DNA of 64,000 bases from NCBI RefSeq assembly GCF_006345805.1, contig NC_043009.1:3348001-3412000 (forward strand), read 5' to 3'. The position numbers and the translations under genes were made by a program. Positions 1 to 12,179 of the stretch are shown piece after piece. Every line of letters starts with the position of its first letter. The stretch's first letter is position 1. The stretch is from Octopus sinensis (Eukaryota). The notes under the pieces were generated by a model. That model was not told where the DNA came from and searched no databases. It saw only the letters and a list, made by a program, of their open reading frames with translations.

Positions 1-310
1 TATTTTAAAGTATTAGATCATCATTCTAAAGTTTATCTTGCAAATAAACAGACAAACGGGGATTTGATTTATCTTCGTCTATTCTTATCAAACATGCAAA
101 TTAATACTAATATGCCATGTGGCAAGCTTGATAATTGTTGAACGATTTCTCTCAGCGTGGATAAATGGGACCCTCCTGGATTCAAAAACAAAATAATACT
201 TCCCCACCAATGCGTGTTGAGCACTTATTCTCACTCTACGATATTAACGTATATGCGCGCTCGTGTGTGTAAATATATATACATTTGTATGTGTGTATAA
301 ATGCATATAT

Positions 311-357
<47 letters not shown>

Positions 358-1204
358 CGTATACATATAGAGAGATATACAAATATTTATTACAGGAACA
401 TATACTTGAACGAATTGAATAATTAATCACTTGTTAAATACTCGTAACTAACATACTGACATCCATATGGAGTTTCGAAAATTCGAAATATTGAGCTAAT
501 TTACGTTTGTGTCTTAATAATTGCATATTGCTTTCTCTTTACGAAAAAAAAAGACCGCGAGTAAGATATTACGTTTTACAAAAATGCTAAACCGTTTTTC
601 CTACAACTATCGCTTAACTTCCCTTGACGCTTCCTTAAATTTTGTGATACATATTGTGATTCCAAACATATGAATCGACAGCAATCTTCAACTGAGTGTT
701 CTCAACACCTCATCACATTTGGTGAGTCACAAAATATTCTGCACTCTTTTATGGCATTCAAAAACCACACCTGGTTGAATATCACGTCTTAGTTTTATAT
801 AAAATTACTGATTTTGGTAATACTTGTATTGTAACTCGTTGCTGAAAATGAAAAATGTACAAAGACATTAGCTGAAATTTTTAGTAGACATCATTAGGAG
901 AAAGGCCGGAGGATGCATTTTTATTATATTGTTAGCCATAATTTACTTTGATACAACTTTATAGTAAGTCTTTAAACCGATAATAAGTATAAATGTTATC
1001 TTTCACGTACTAGATTACTAAGCCGTAAAACAAAAGGCCGCTGCTCTCAGCAGCAATAAACTGAAGGGTATTTTATTAACATATTACTTGCATTAGCACA
1101 GCATTTTCCGTTTCAATATAACTACTGGGATCTTTTCGGTTTGAACGGCAGTTTTTTTACATATTTCTAGGTACCTAAAACTGTTTAAATTTCGTATACT
1201 GGTA

Positions 1205-1304
1205 NNNNNNNNNNNNNNNNNNNNNNNNNNNNNNNNNNNNNNNNNNNNNNNNNNNNNNNNNNNNNNNNNNNNNNNNNNNNNNNNNNNNNNNNNNNNNNNN
1301 NNNN
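1205..1304. other. Assembly gap (100 N)
   Basis: Run of exactly 100 N, a typical placeholder size. Confidence 0.99.
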
Positions 1305-2143
1305 AAATGAGGATACGGAAGAAGAACGAGCAAGTGCAGAGGAGGAAAGAACAGAAGATAGGAAGAGACAAGGGTGGAATCACCACCGAAAGTTCTAAAA
1401 AAGAAAAAAATCAAAAGCAAGATAACAGAAGAAAAGAAGAGAGAACATGCAAAGAGCAGGAAGTAAAAGAAGAGCGAGAGAGCAGCCAAGGACAGAGTTT
1501 GAACAAGAATGGGAGACAAGTGAAAGAGCAGTTGGAAGCGTGTAAAAAGGAAGAAGGTCTGCAGGAAAAAACCTGAAAGCAGTTGTGATGTATATCAAGA
1601 ATACAGAAGTGGAAAAGAGACTTGCAGGTAGGAAAGCGTTGGTCAGGGTGAAGTTGAACCCAAAACTGTATGGTGACGATGTAAAAGGCGCAGTTATAGA
1701 AAAAGAAACATTCACAAAATTAAAAAATATATTTAATGCTATTTATATAGCGCATTATGTACGGTATGACAATTTACCAAATGTAATAGACCAAATGGAC
1801 TTAATAGAATATATGACGGACGAACGTCCAATAGAACTGAATTGTTAAAATTGTAACATTGTGAATTGTAAAAAGTAAAGTTGTATTTTGAACAGGAATA
1901 TATGTAATGTTAAAATGTAAAATTGTAAGTTGTAAAATTATTGTATTTTGAACTGGAATATATGTAACTGTAAAATGTAAAATTGTAATTTAAACGGAAC
2001 TGCGAGTTGGGGGTTCGTAAGCCGTTCCATCTCATTACATATAAATTCATCTTTACTTCATAATTTATTTTTACTTTATGTACCCCATGTCCCGTCTTGT
2101 AATGTCCCCCTCTTCGTGGCCCCTTTGTGGGTAATAAAGAATC
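1305..2143 (+). mobile_element. ORF1-only Tx1-related element, copy 1 (3' part; 5' part lost in the gap)
   Basis: Highly similar to ~3095-3895. Ends in a (TGTAAAA)-rich 3' UTR and GGCCCCTTTGTGGGTAATAAAGAATC. Confidence 0.75.
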
Positions 2144-2150
2144 ATCACCA

Positions 2151-3895
2151 CCCCCTTTTTTTTTTGGTTATTGTGGTGTGTTTGTTTCGAGTGTGTCATT
2201 GTGAAGAGGTTGTGAGTTCGAGTTCGTTGGAGGACGTTGAAAGGTTTTTTGTTGGAGATTTTTGAAAATGCAAGAGCAGACTTATGCGAGAGCAGCAGGC
2301 AGAGGCCTAGTTGCCAGTGAATTGGAAATGGAGGAAGTGGTGGTCGAACAGAAGACTCTGGATAAGTATTTCGACAGTTTGAAGAGGGAGGGTGACTGCG
2401 TGAGAGTCACACCGTCCGAGGAGGAAGAAAGCAACGTGGAGAAGCGTATGATAACGTACAGGACATGGTGTGTGGCGTCGAAAAAAGTTGAAGTAGCAGA
2501 AACGGAAGAAGGAGAAAAGTGTCTGAAGGAAATTGAGGGTGAACCCACATTTTTCAAAAGAGGAAGGAAATATGCCACAGTGGTGGTTATTTTTAAACAG
2601 AAAATGAAGCAAAAAAGAATGCAACAAGATTTTGAAAACGGATAAGTGGACTTTACTACCAAGTTACTGCGGAAGGAGGGCAGTGAGGATGAGAATTAGC
2701 AGAATTTCGCCCGAATTTAATATGGAGAGGTTGTTGGCGGCAGTGGTTTTCAACTGCAAGGATAGTGTGGAGGTGTTGAAGGTGGAGAAATCAACAGAGG
2801 TTAAGTGGTGGGGGGATATACGGTGCAGGTTCTGGCACACATAACCGTGCGAGACCTGTACAACATCCCGGAGGAGTTGGTCTACCCTGATGAGACACGG
2901 CTTAGAGTCGTGGTAGAGGGAAGACCCCCAGTCTGCTATAATTGTAAATCAAGGGGCCACATGAAGGATGTGTGCCCGCTGGAGAAGACGAAGGCACCGA
3001 AGGCTGTAATAGAGGAGTGTAAAGATGCGTGTGTGGAGGAGGGAGAAGTGCAGGAGGAAGCGAAAGCAGAGGAGGCACAAACGGAGGAGCAGCTAAATGA
3101 GGATACGGAAGAAGAACGAGCAAGTGCAGAGGAGGAAAGAACAGAAGATAGGAAGAGAACAAGGTGGAATCACCACCGAAAGTTCTAAAAAAGAAAAAAA
3201 TCAAAAGCAAGATAACAGAAGAAAGAGAGAGAGAACACGCAAAGAACAGGAAGTAAAAGAGAAGGCGAGAGAGCAGCCAAGGACAGAGTTTGAACAAGAA
3301 TGGGAGACAAGAGTGAAAGAGCAGCTGAAGCGTGTAAAAAGGGAAGAAGGCCTGCAGGAAAAAACCTGAAAGCAGTTGTGATGTATATCAAGAATACAGA
3401 AGTGGAAAAGAGACTTGCAGGTAGGAAAGCGGTTGGTCAGGTGAAGTTGAACCCAGAACTGTATGGTGACGATGTAAAAGGCGCAGTATAGAAAAAGAAA
3501 CATTCACAAAATTAAAAAAGATTTTAATGCTATTTATATAGCGCATTATGTACGGTATGACAATTTACCAAATGTAATAGACCAAATGGACTTAATAGAA
3601 TATATGACGGACGAACGTCCAATATAAAAGAATTAGATATATGTAATGTTAAAAAGTAAAATTGTTAATTGTAAAATTGTAAAATGTAAAATTGTATTTT
3701 GAACTGGAATATATGTAATTGTGAAATGTACAATTGTATTTTAAACGGAACTGCGAGTTGGGGGTTCGTAAGCCGTTCCATCTCATTATATATAATTCAT
3801 CTTATTCATATTTTATTTTTACTTTATGTACCCCACGTCCCGTCTTGTAATGTCCCGTCTGAATTTGGCCATCGTGCCCATAATAAAGATATAAT
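2151..3895 (+). mobile_element. ORF1-only Tx1-related (half-L1/HAL1-like) element, copy 2, ~1.75 kb
   Basis: Short 5' UTR, then a frameshifted gag-like ORF1, then a 3' UTR with an AATAAAG tail. No endonuclease or RT. ATCACCA flanks it at 2144-2150 and 3896-3902. Confidence 0.75.
2262..3627 (+). pseudogene. Frameshifted LINE ORF1-like (gag-like, CCHC zinc knuckle) protein
   Basis: Overlapping ORFs 2262-2645, 2632-2844, 2805-3188 etc. Contains CYNCKSRGHMKDVC (CX2CX4HX4C). The motifs LLPSYCGRR and RVVVEGRPP match LLPSYMGKR and RVSVEGRRP in ORF1 of the LINE at 6631-11882. Confidence 0.8.
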
Positions 3896-3921
3896 ATCAC
3901 CAGCTGACCGGTGTCTGCTAC

Positions 3922-3966
3922 TCTAGGCCGATGAAGGACAATGATCCTGAAACACGTGTCCTTAGA
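3922..3966 (+). ncRNA. Type I hammerhead ribozyme-like motif (CCGAUGA variant)
   Basis: TCTAGG-CCGATGA-AGGA(caatga)TCCT-GAAAC-ACGT-GTC-CTTAGA: stem I, stem II, palindromic stem III and a GUC site. Confidence 0.6.
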
Positions 3967-5298
3967 TGCAGCTTCGGCAGCCGGGGTGTTTGTCTCCCCT
4001 TCGTAAATGTATATAAGGACTCAGTGAAAAAGTATCAAAGCCATCAGGAGGCGTTCGATGCTTCCTAGGGCTATACAGCGGTGGTGTACCCCCTACTGTC
4101 ACGTTCTTGTTAGATTGACAGTATACAACCATTCATATATATATATATATATATATATGAAGGTGCCTAGCTCGGAGAGTCTAAGCATACTTAGCAAAAT
4201 GAGTTTAAATCCAATCGGGAACAGAGAGTTAATAAGATAAGTGCCATTTAAGCACTGGATCGATGTAGTGTACGTGACACCGAAATTGCTGGCTTTATAC
4301 CAAGCATCAACACCAATATAAGCACGATCACTCGCCCGCGCACAAACATACACAGAAGCACACACACATATACACACACACGGCACACATACGTACACAC
4401 ACACACTCACATGTATGTTAAATATCGCCTCGAAATTTCTGTGGCTAGACACTCCTTAAATTAATTATCATCATCCAGCTGTCCCTTTATATTTCAGAGT
4501 TTATGAATACATGTATATGTATGTGTCAATGTATATAGATACATATATAATTTCGAACATTGGAGATGGTAATTTCATTTTAATAGATGTTTTTTTAATT
4601 ATTTCATCACTCCCCTTTATTATAACTGACCATGCATAGGATTGTCAGTGTATTCGCAATGTACTGAATTATATGGCGGTGCTCGGGTATTAAATACTTG
4701 GCAATGGTCTTTATAAGTTGTACCATTCTTTTCGTTGTACATCTCTTTGAATATTTTTTTGCGGTAAGTTACAACATGACATTGAGGAAGCAATGATTTT
4801 TCACAAGTGGCATTTAATAGTTGAACAACCAAATACCACAGAGGTGCTCGAAGTTCGGATAATGGTGGTGGAGGGGAAATGCTCACAAATCGCTCAATAT
4901 TTTATCATCACCCAGATTTATCCTATTAGATTGGTGTTGAAAGGATATTGTCTAATTATTGGATTGATGTAAACGGCGCGATCTTCTAAGTAGGAAAATT
5001 CTCTGAAAAGAAAATAACAATGAAAGGGAGAAAACTCTAAACTTTCCATTAGACACATTATAACGGGGAAATTTTTGTCAGTGAAAATGATTTTAAAAAT
5101 ACAGTAAATTCTTCGTAAAACACCCGTTCGTAACCTCGGTGGGAAATATATATTTGTTATGTATAGGTTTCTTTCGTGTGCATTCAACGTATATCACCGC
5201 CAATAACTTGGCTGCTATTTCTAGCGCGCACCGATGCCACATAAATGCTATTTGCGATAAAGGAGCAGAAATACCTGTTATGTGGTAGGTGTGTGTGT

Positions 5299-5515
5299 GT
5301 ACAGGGTGCTGAAAAGGTCCTGGCTTTCGGTAGAAGAAAAGGCAAAGGGATTAGTTAAATATGATTTTATCGAACCTATCCGATTCTCAGATTCGCACAG
5401 ATATCACAGCTTCCTTCAGTTTTCCTGCGCCCTATAAAAGAACTCGTGAGCTTGGACTACCAACCAGGCTTTTCGTAATACCTTTCAAGGCAAGAACTTT
5501 CCCGCAGCCTTCATG
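5299..5515. mobile_element. Possible mariner-type MITE
   Basis: Degenerate inverted ends TACAGGGTGCTGAAAAGGTCCTGGCTT and AAGGCAAGAACTTTCCCGCAGCCTTCATG. Confidence 0.35.
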
Positions 5516-5835
5516 TTTGTATATATTTGATATGTATGTGCAGGTTCTTGATTGTATGCGTGTGTATGTGAGGGGACATGGCCTAAGGGTTACGACACTA
5601 CACTTACGAGCACAATGTCGCAGTCTCAAATCCTAGACAGGGTGGTGCGTTTGTTCTCGAACAAAACTTTTTTTTTGTCTGCGATAACACCGACAACTGG
5701 CGGTCATTCAACTTCGATTTGATGGAGAGAATGAACTTATGTGCAGCACAAATATTTGATCCCTATAACAATAATTTCGGGGGTCGTACTGGAAAAGCTT
5801 AACACCCTTACTTTGGTTTTTCGGTGGGAGTTCAT

Positions 5836-5887
<52 letters not shown>

Positions 5888-5994
5888 AGGAGATAAATAA
5901 AAATATATGCATACATACAAACATAATGTACGTACCTACATCTACATGTATATATACATGCATATATAAATAATTATACGGGAGTACAGGACAT

Positions 5995-6614
5995 CACAAT
6001 AAGAGTAGAAACGGAAAAAACCAAAAACCAAAAACAGAAAACGGAAAAGGAAAACGAAAACAAGAAAACGAAAAACAAATACAGGACGAGCTACACAAGG
6101 ACAAAACCCCCGTCATCAGCTGTCGCTAGAGAGTCAGGCATGTTCGAAGGCATAACAGAACACTAATCCAATAGGCCTTCCTGCGAGAGAATTAAAATAA
6201 AATTCCAAGCAGTGGGGCAAAATGAGTACGAACACAAACAAAACGTAACAATAAGACTTCAAAATTAAATACATGTACAAAAACAAACACATACGAGCAC
6301 GAACGAAAAAGCCTTTTTTCTGGCATAGACGAACAATAAAACTGCAAAAATAAAATACATGTACAAAAAATACAATTAGTTACAAAACGAGATACATGTA
6401 CAAAACAAAAAAACAAGAGGACGAACGAAAAAGCCTTTTTTCTGGCATAGACAAACAATAAACTGCCAAAATAAAAATACCTGTACAAAAAGTACAATTA
6501 GTTACAAAACGAGAAAATAAAAAGAATACTATACAGGAAATCAACCACACAAGGGGACGAACGAAAAAGCCTTTTGCTGGCAAGGACGAAAGTGTAGTAG
6601 CAGCGCGTGGGCAG
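5995..6614 (-). repeat. Host repeat (PLE-terminus-like) interrupted by the LINE, with three internal subrepeats
   Basis: Continues across the TSD into 11899-12115. GAACGAAAAAGCCTTTT recurs at 6301, 6423 and 6559. CTGATGA lies on the minus strand near 6117-6123. Confidence 0.4.
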
Positions 6615-6630
6615 TCTTTTCAATAGTGGT
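6615..6630. repeat. Target-site duplication of the Tx1-like LINE (left copy)
   Basis: TCTTTTCAATAGTGGT, identical to 11883-11898. Confidence 0.9.
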
Positions 6631-6868
6631 TATTTCTTTATTATGATTATATAATCACACATAGAAGGACAAATACAGGACATACATACAAAAAACATTT
6701 AAGAGATTCGTTTAAAAATTTTCGTTTACATTTGAATTATTCGTTTATAAAAATGAAAATAAATGTCTTTTATATGACCTAGTAGAACAACACAATACAT
6801 AACTGGAGCTTCTGCACCCCGGCAATTTATGAGGCCCTGCAGCTTCCACTTCCTCTCTCTCTCCATGG

Positions 6869-9800
6869 TCAAGCTGGGTTTCTGACACCCACCTTTCTTT
6901 CCACTTCCTTCCATCTTTTCTCATACACACGCCGTGGTAAGATCCTCTTTTCCAGCCCCATTTTGCTCTTCAGATGATATCTGAAGTAAGTGAGCAAGCC
7001 GGGGCCGGAGACAAAGGATCCTGTCGCGGCTCCTTCCATTCTCGTTCTCCACATGCATTCTTTTACTACTGCAACCGTGCAGTGAAAACATGCCTCACTT
7101 CCTTCGAGAGTCCAGTTGGCGGTATCATCTTAATCATAGACTCAGCCGACAGCTGTACTCGTCCCAGATGCGTTAACACGTGTTCTGCGTAACTTATCAA
7201 GTCGGACAACTTCCGACAGTGAACAAAAGCGTGCTGGACGGTTTCATCGTCCAACTCGCACCTTGGACACGTCGGTGGCACTGGAACTCCGTGCCGCGAT
7301 AACTTCTCGCGAACAGGTAAAGCATTCCTATAACACTGCCAGGCCAGGGATCTTTGGAAATTATCCAATACCCCGACCTGAAAGTTTTTTAAACAGGTTG
7401 GCAAGCTGGTCTCATCAAACCCAGAGTCCCTCCTAGGACGTCGTCGTTTTTTGCCTCTACCAGCCTCTCTATAAAATACCGAGGTGGTATTCCGCAGCCG
7501 GCCTTGCCCGCCTTGTGGATCAGCGTGAGTGCCTGTCGGCACTCCTTTTGCCATGGAGTCAGTTTCCATCTTTTGATGTAAACCGGTTTTTAAAATTCAC
7601 TAAGGAGGCCGGTCTCGGGAAAAACCCCCTGCCAGCGGACTCCACACTTATCACCTCCAGGTGGTGCCAGAGATGCCTTAGCCTCAACGCATGTCTGCGC
7701 ATCATCAACCAAGGCATTCCTAACCCACCCTTTAACGGTTCCTGGCAGCAAACGGAGCGCCTCACAAGTGGCCTTCCTCCTTTCCACAAAAAGCGGAAAA
7801 GGATTCGCTCCAACTTGTTAAGCCATGAATCGGGGCAAGGGACAACGGTCAGGCGTAGGTGATTACAGATGCAATGAACATCTGCACCACCTCCGCCTTT
7901 CCTTTCAAGGACAGAAACCTTCCGGACCAGGTCCGTACTATGGCTTCCACCTTGCTTGTCACCTCACTCCAGTTCTTCTCCGTTTGGGAGTCTGGCCCAA
8001 ACCAAACTCCCAGCAACTTAACAGGGCCATCCGTCCAGTGTCCCACGACACTGGACGATATCGACTTGCTCCTCCAGGGCCGAGGCGCAAGCCAACCGAT
8101 TTGTCCTTGTTAACCTTTGCTCCTGCCACCGCCTCGTATCCTCTGATAGCCTCCTCTACACAAGGTAGTTGGGCCTCTTTGGACACGATGAGGGTGACGT
8201 CATCCGCATAAGCAGTAACCGTCCTCCCACCTCCGATTCATCCGAGTTACTCCCTAGCCTCTCCAACTTCGCAGCAGTGGCTCAAGGGCCAATACGTACA
8301 AAAGTGGTGACAAGGGGCACCCTGACGCACTGAACACTCGATCGAAAACGGTTCCGTTAGGTAACCGTTTATCTGGACGGTGGACTTGATGCCGCTATAC
8401 ATAGCGGAGATCCACCCGCGAAATTCAGGGCCCAGCCCCCCGCTTCGAGGACCGTCGCCAGGTACCCATGGTCTACCCTATCGAAGACTTTACTTGGTCT
8501 AAATGGACCATTACCCCGCCTTTGCCGGCTAATTTACCCACCCTATCTAAGGTGTAGCGTATAAGGTGAAGATTGTCCTGGATCGACCTGCCTGGAATTG
8601 CACATGTCTGTGCTCTCCCTACAAGTTTCTCCACGACAACCGTCAACTTTTTTTGCTAACACTTGGCCAAAATCTTTAACTCTACATTAAGTAGAGTTAT
8701 GGGCCTGTAATTACTAATATTATCCCCTTGCTCGGGTCTTTCTGGATTAGCGTCACCACTCCCCGGCTTACAGAACTGGGAATTCTCCCATTCTGCTGCC
8801 AGTTCGTGTAGACGCCTGCCAGTATTCCCCCGAACAAGTCCGGCATACTTTGGTAAAACTCGTAGGGCAGACCATCAACCCCGGCGACTTCTCCCCGGCG
8901 CATCCGGCCAGTATCTCCTTTATCTCCGCGGGAGTGATCGCTCCTTCACAGCACTCCACCTCACCCCGCGAGCCGCGGTCCGCCGGCTAGGAAGTCCTTT
9001 AAGGCCCTCCCCCGATCCAGCGAACCACCACCCCCGAACACGCGAGCGAAATGCTGGTGAAGAAACTTTTGCATCTCCTCCTGTCCATAGATCTTTTGTC
9101 CCTGTTCGTCAGTCAAAGATTTGATTGAGGCTCTGTTGCCTCTCTGACTCTCCACACGACGGGCCCATCCGGCCACGTTAATACCTTCTCGTTTCCCAGC
9201 GCGCAGCTTAGCTCTGACTCTGCAACCTTCGTGTTTGGAGTTAAGGTGACGGTACAATACCGTCCTTGCCGCCAACACTCCGGATGCGGAGCCAGCTTCC
9301 ATTGCCTCGTCTAGATTCTTAACTAAATCGCCCTCTAGACTAGCCCTATCTATCCTTAGCTGATTGCTAAATCTAACGGACTCTAAACGAATGGCTCTTT
9401 TGAGGGCGTGCCACCATCTATTGTTAATGATGGTGCCACACAATGCCCTCTGAACACACCTTAATCCGGGTACGGAAGTCTTCACAATTCAAAATAGCCT
9501 TGTTCAGCTTCCAGTACCCGGGTCCCTGTCTATGACACTTGTTTAATTGCACTCACACGTCACAAATTTGTGATCCGAGTAAGGTACAATATGAAATTGT
9601 GGACAACTAAACGTATCCTTATCTCTTTTCTTAATAAATATCCTATCTAGATACGATCTGCGTGAGCCGTCGTTGTTACTCCACGTCCACTGTGGAACGC
9701 TCGGCTCATTCAGTCGGTAACGGTCCACTAGATCAAAGCTCTCTAGTAGACCCTTGAGGCTAGGGTTCCCCTTCCTATTGGTTGAGCCAACACTGTCGAT

Positions 9801-10238
9801 CCGCGCTTCAAGGACAGTGTTAAAGTCCCCTACTAAGATTACTGTTTTCGACGTCGCTAAAAAGGGCTCCAGGTTCCGAAAAAATCCCGTCTGTTTACCC
9901 TCGTTCGGGGCGTAGACAGCTACCAACCTGAAGGACTGTTTACTTACGTGAGTCACATCCAGGACAACCAGCCTGCCTTCTGGGTCCAGAAAGACAGTAC
10001 TTACCTGCAAGTCCAAGCTCTTCCTGATGAAGACTGCCACGCCTCTGCCTCCTCCTCGGCTAGGAGAAATAAATTTCTCGAAACCATTTAGAAGAGGCGA
10101 GAACGCTTGGGTCTCGCTCATCTTGGACTCGGTTGCAATAGCAATATCTACACCATGTGTCGTGAGGTCGTTCAGGAAACAAATTTGTTTCCGTTTTGAC
10201 CCCATTCCACGTACATTTATACAATCCAGCTTAGCCAT
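6869..10238 (-). pseudogene. LINE ORF2 (AP endonuclease + reverse transcriptase + zf-RVT), frameshifted
   Basis: APE motifs CINVRG, VYAPN, GDFN, LDRIF and SDH (ORF 9543-10238). GVDGLPYEFY; YADD at 8199-8210; LLGVWF; CPRCELDDETVQHAFVHC. Several single-base frameshifts. Confidence 0.92.
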
Positions 10239-10266
10239 TGTGGGTGAGAGAGAAGAATGAGTGTAC

Positions 10267-11685
10267 TCACGGTTGGGAAAGGGAGCATGACAGTTTAGAT
10301 CTGCCTGCTTCCCCTTCTTCCGCTGCTGCAGGGCTCTTGACCGGCGTTGCCACTGGGCTCTGGGTGGGTGTGGTTGCCGGGGTTATTATCAGTTTGCCCT
10401 CCATTACCTCCTTGGTCACATCTCTTATTAGTCGGTTCCTCAGATGTTCCTGAAGAACCTCCTCCTTCCACTCGTCCTCCCCTACCTTCGCGAAGCGAGC
10501 GGTTGCTTTTACATCTGTGGCTCTACTGTACAATACAAATCTTGAGAATTTGCAACATTTATACACTTTTTCATTTTTCTCATCGAAAGCTATTATCCTT
10601 TCGTTCTTCTGTAGGCACTTTTTTATGTCTTGTTTTATGGGGAGGGGCTTGGCAAACTGTTTTCCAATGAAAACAGTGCCATGGGGGTAGGGTTGGGGGA
10701 TTTGCTTGATGTGTGTGTCTGCTGTGTTTGCTGTTTTTTTTCTTGTTGGGGAGGGGAGTCCTGGGTATTCTCTTTTTTTCTTTTATGAGTGACTTGTGTG
10801 TAGTCCATTAGTTCTGTATGGTCTTGTTTGTTTCCGTACTTGTCTTCGTCTTTTTGTGTGTTTTTTCCTGTTTCCTCCCCTTCAGTGATAGGGACACTTT
10901 GAGGAGGCGCTTCTTCTGTTTTTTTCTTTTAATACAATTGGATCGGACGTGACCCTTCTCTCCACACTTGAAGCATCTGGGTCTACGTCCCTCTACCGAA
11001 ACTCTCATGGACGTACCGTCCTCATTAAAGATTCTGTCGGCAGGTTTTCTAGGATTTTGTTCTCCGCCTGCACGAGGAGCTCCAGGGTCTGGCCCTTCCA
11101 CCGTACCACCTCTTTCCTTCTCATTTGCAGTATTGATATTTCACGTTCAATGTTGTGCAGGACTGCCGCTGCTACCCACATGATGTCGTACCCTCTGGGT
11201 ATGTCTTCTACCAGTAACTTCGCAGTTCGCTTCCCCATATACGAGGGTAGCAGCATGATGTCGTCGTTTTTTAGGGTCAACGACGACACCTCTTTCGCCA
11301 CCTCTGCCGTGTCAAAGTGCGCCTCGACCGCAGCACTGCGTGCACCTCTAACGACATGACGAATTTTGTCCCACACCGGGGACAGGCACTTCTCGACAAT
11401 TTCATTTTTCACATCCATTATCTTTTTTTCTTTAAAGCTGTATACTTTGTAAATCACAATTCTTTCTTTAATCTCTTGTACTTTTGCCTGTGGCGGTACA
11501 AGCCTTATTTCGCCTCCTTCCACTTTTACTAGGTTCCTGAATTCGTATAGCTGTTCAATTTTAAACTCGACATCCATCATGGCGCCGCCTACCGCGGCCG
11601 AGAATGACTGTTTGGGTACTTCTTTATCCTTATTTTCACTTTTTCCCATCACGGGGAAATCTTCCTTCGACGTCAAGTCGAACTC
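10267..11685 (-). pseudogene. LINE ORF1 (gag-like, CCHC knuckle, low-complexity linker, extra C-terminal segment), frameshifted
   Basis: Starts MEFDLT at 11685. Contains CFKCGEKGHVRSNC. Appears to continue through A-run frameshifts into ORF 10267-10566, which ends just before the ORF2 ATG. Confidence 0.8.
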
Positions 11686-11882
11686 CATTTCAAAAAAATT
11701 ACCTCCAAGGTAACAAAAATGCAGGTAATACAAAAATTTTCTGCCCCGTAGGGCGAAAATTACCGTTTTACAACGGGCACTGTTCAAAACAGTTAGCACA
11801 AACAATAATATCACAACTTCGAACTCTCTTAAATGGAGGCAGCAATTTTCTCACAACGCAGATGAACAGTAACTCGAAAATT

Positions 11883-11898
11883 TCTTTTCAATAGTGGT
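11883..11898. repeat. Target-site duplication of the Tx1-like LINE (right copy)
   Basis: TCTTTTCAATAGTGGT, identical to 6615-6630. Confidence 0.9.
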
Positions 11899-12124
11899 AA
11901 CCACGTGTAAAGGAATTTTGTTTTATAGGCAAGGAAGAGGGAAGGAGGAGGGGGACACGCGGCGAAGAGAGAGGAGGAGGGAGAGGGAGAAAGATTGAAG
12001 AGGTTAAAGCAAAGGGAGAGAGTACCGCATCTTCAATATAATAATATTAATATAAAAAAGGGGACCAGAAGTGGATCGAAACGACGAATCGGAACGAACC
12101 TGATGCGGGGCGCTGTCAATATAT

Positions 12125-12179
<55 letters not shown>

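Larger units (their letters stand above)
6631..11882 (-). mobile_element. Full-length Tx1/L1-clade LINE (~5.25 kb)
   Basis: ORF1 with a CCHC knuckle; ORF2 with APE, RT and a C-terminal zinc motif; 3' end CATAATAAAGAAATA; perfect 16-bp TSD. Confidence 0.92.

Noticed and set aside
1305-2143. Duplication next to the gap as a pure assembly overlap
   Set aside because: Not fully excluded, but the two copies differ in 3' UTR structure and terminal sequence beyond simple read error.
6270-6614. Regularly spaced repeats as a CRISPR-like array
   Set aside because: Eukaryotic repeat context, only three units, spacers homologous to each other, and no cas genes.
10267-10566. Apparent third ORF between LINE ORF1 and ORF2
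   Set aside because: It joins ORF1 through A-run frameshifts; it is more simply the ORF1 C-terminus.
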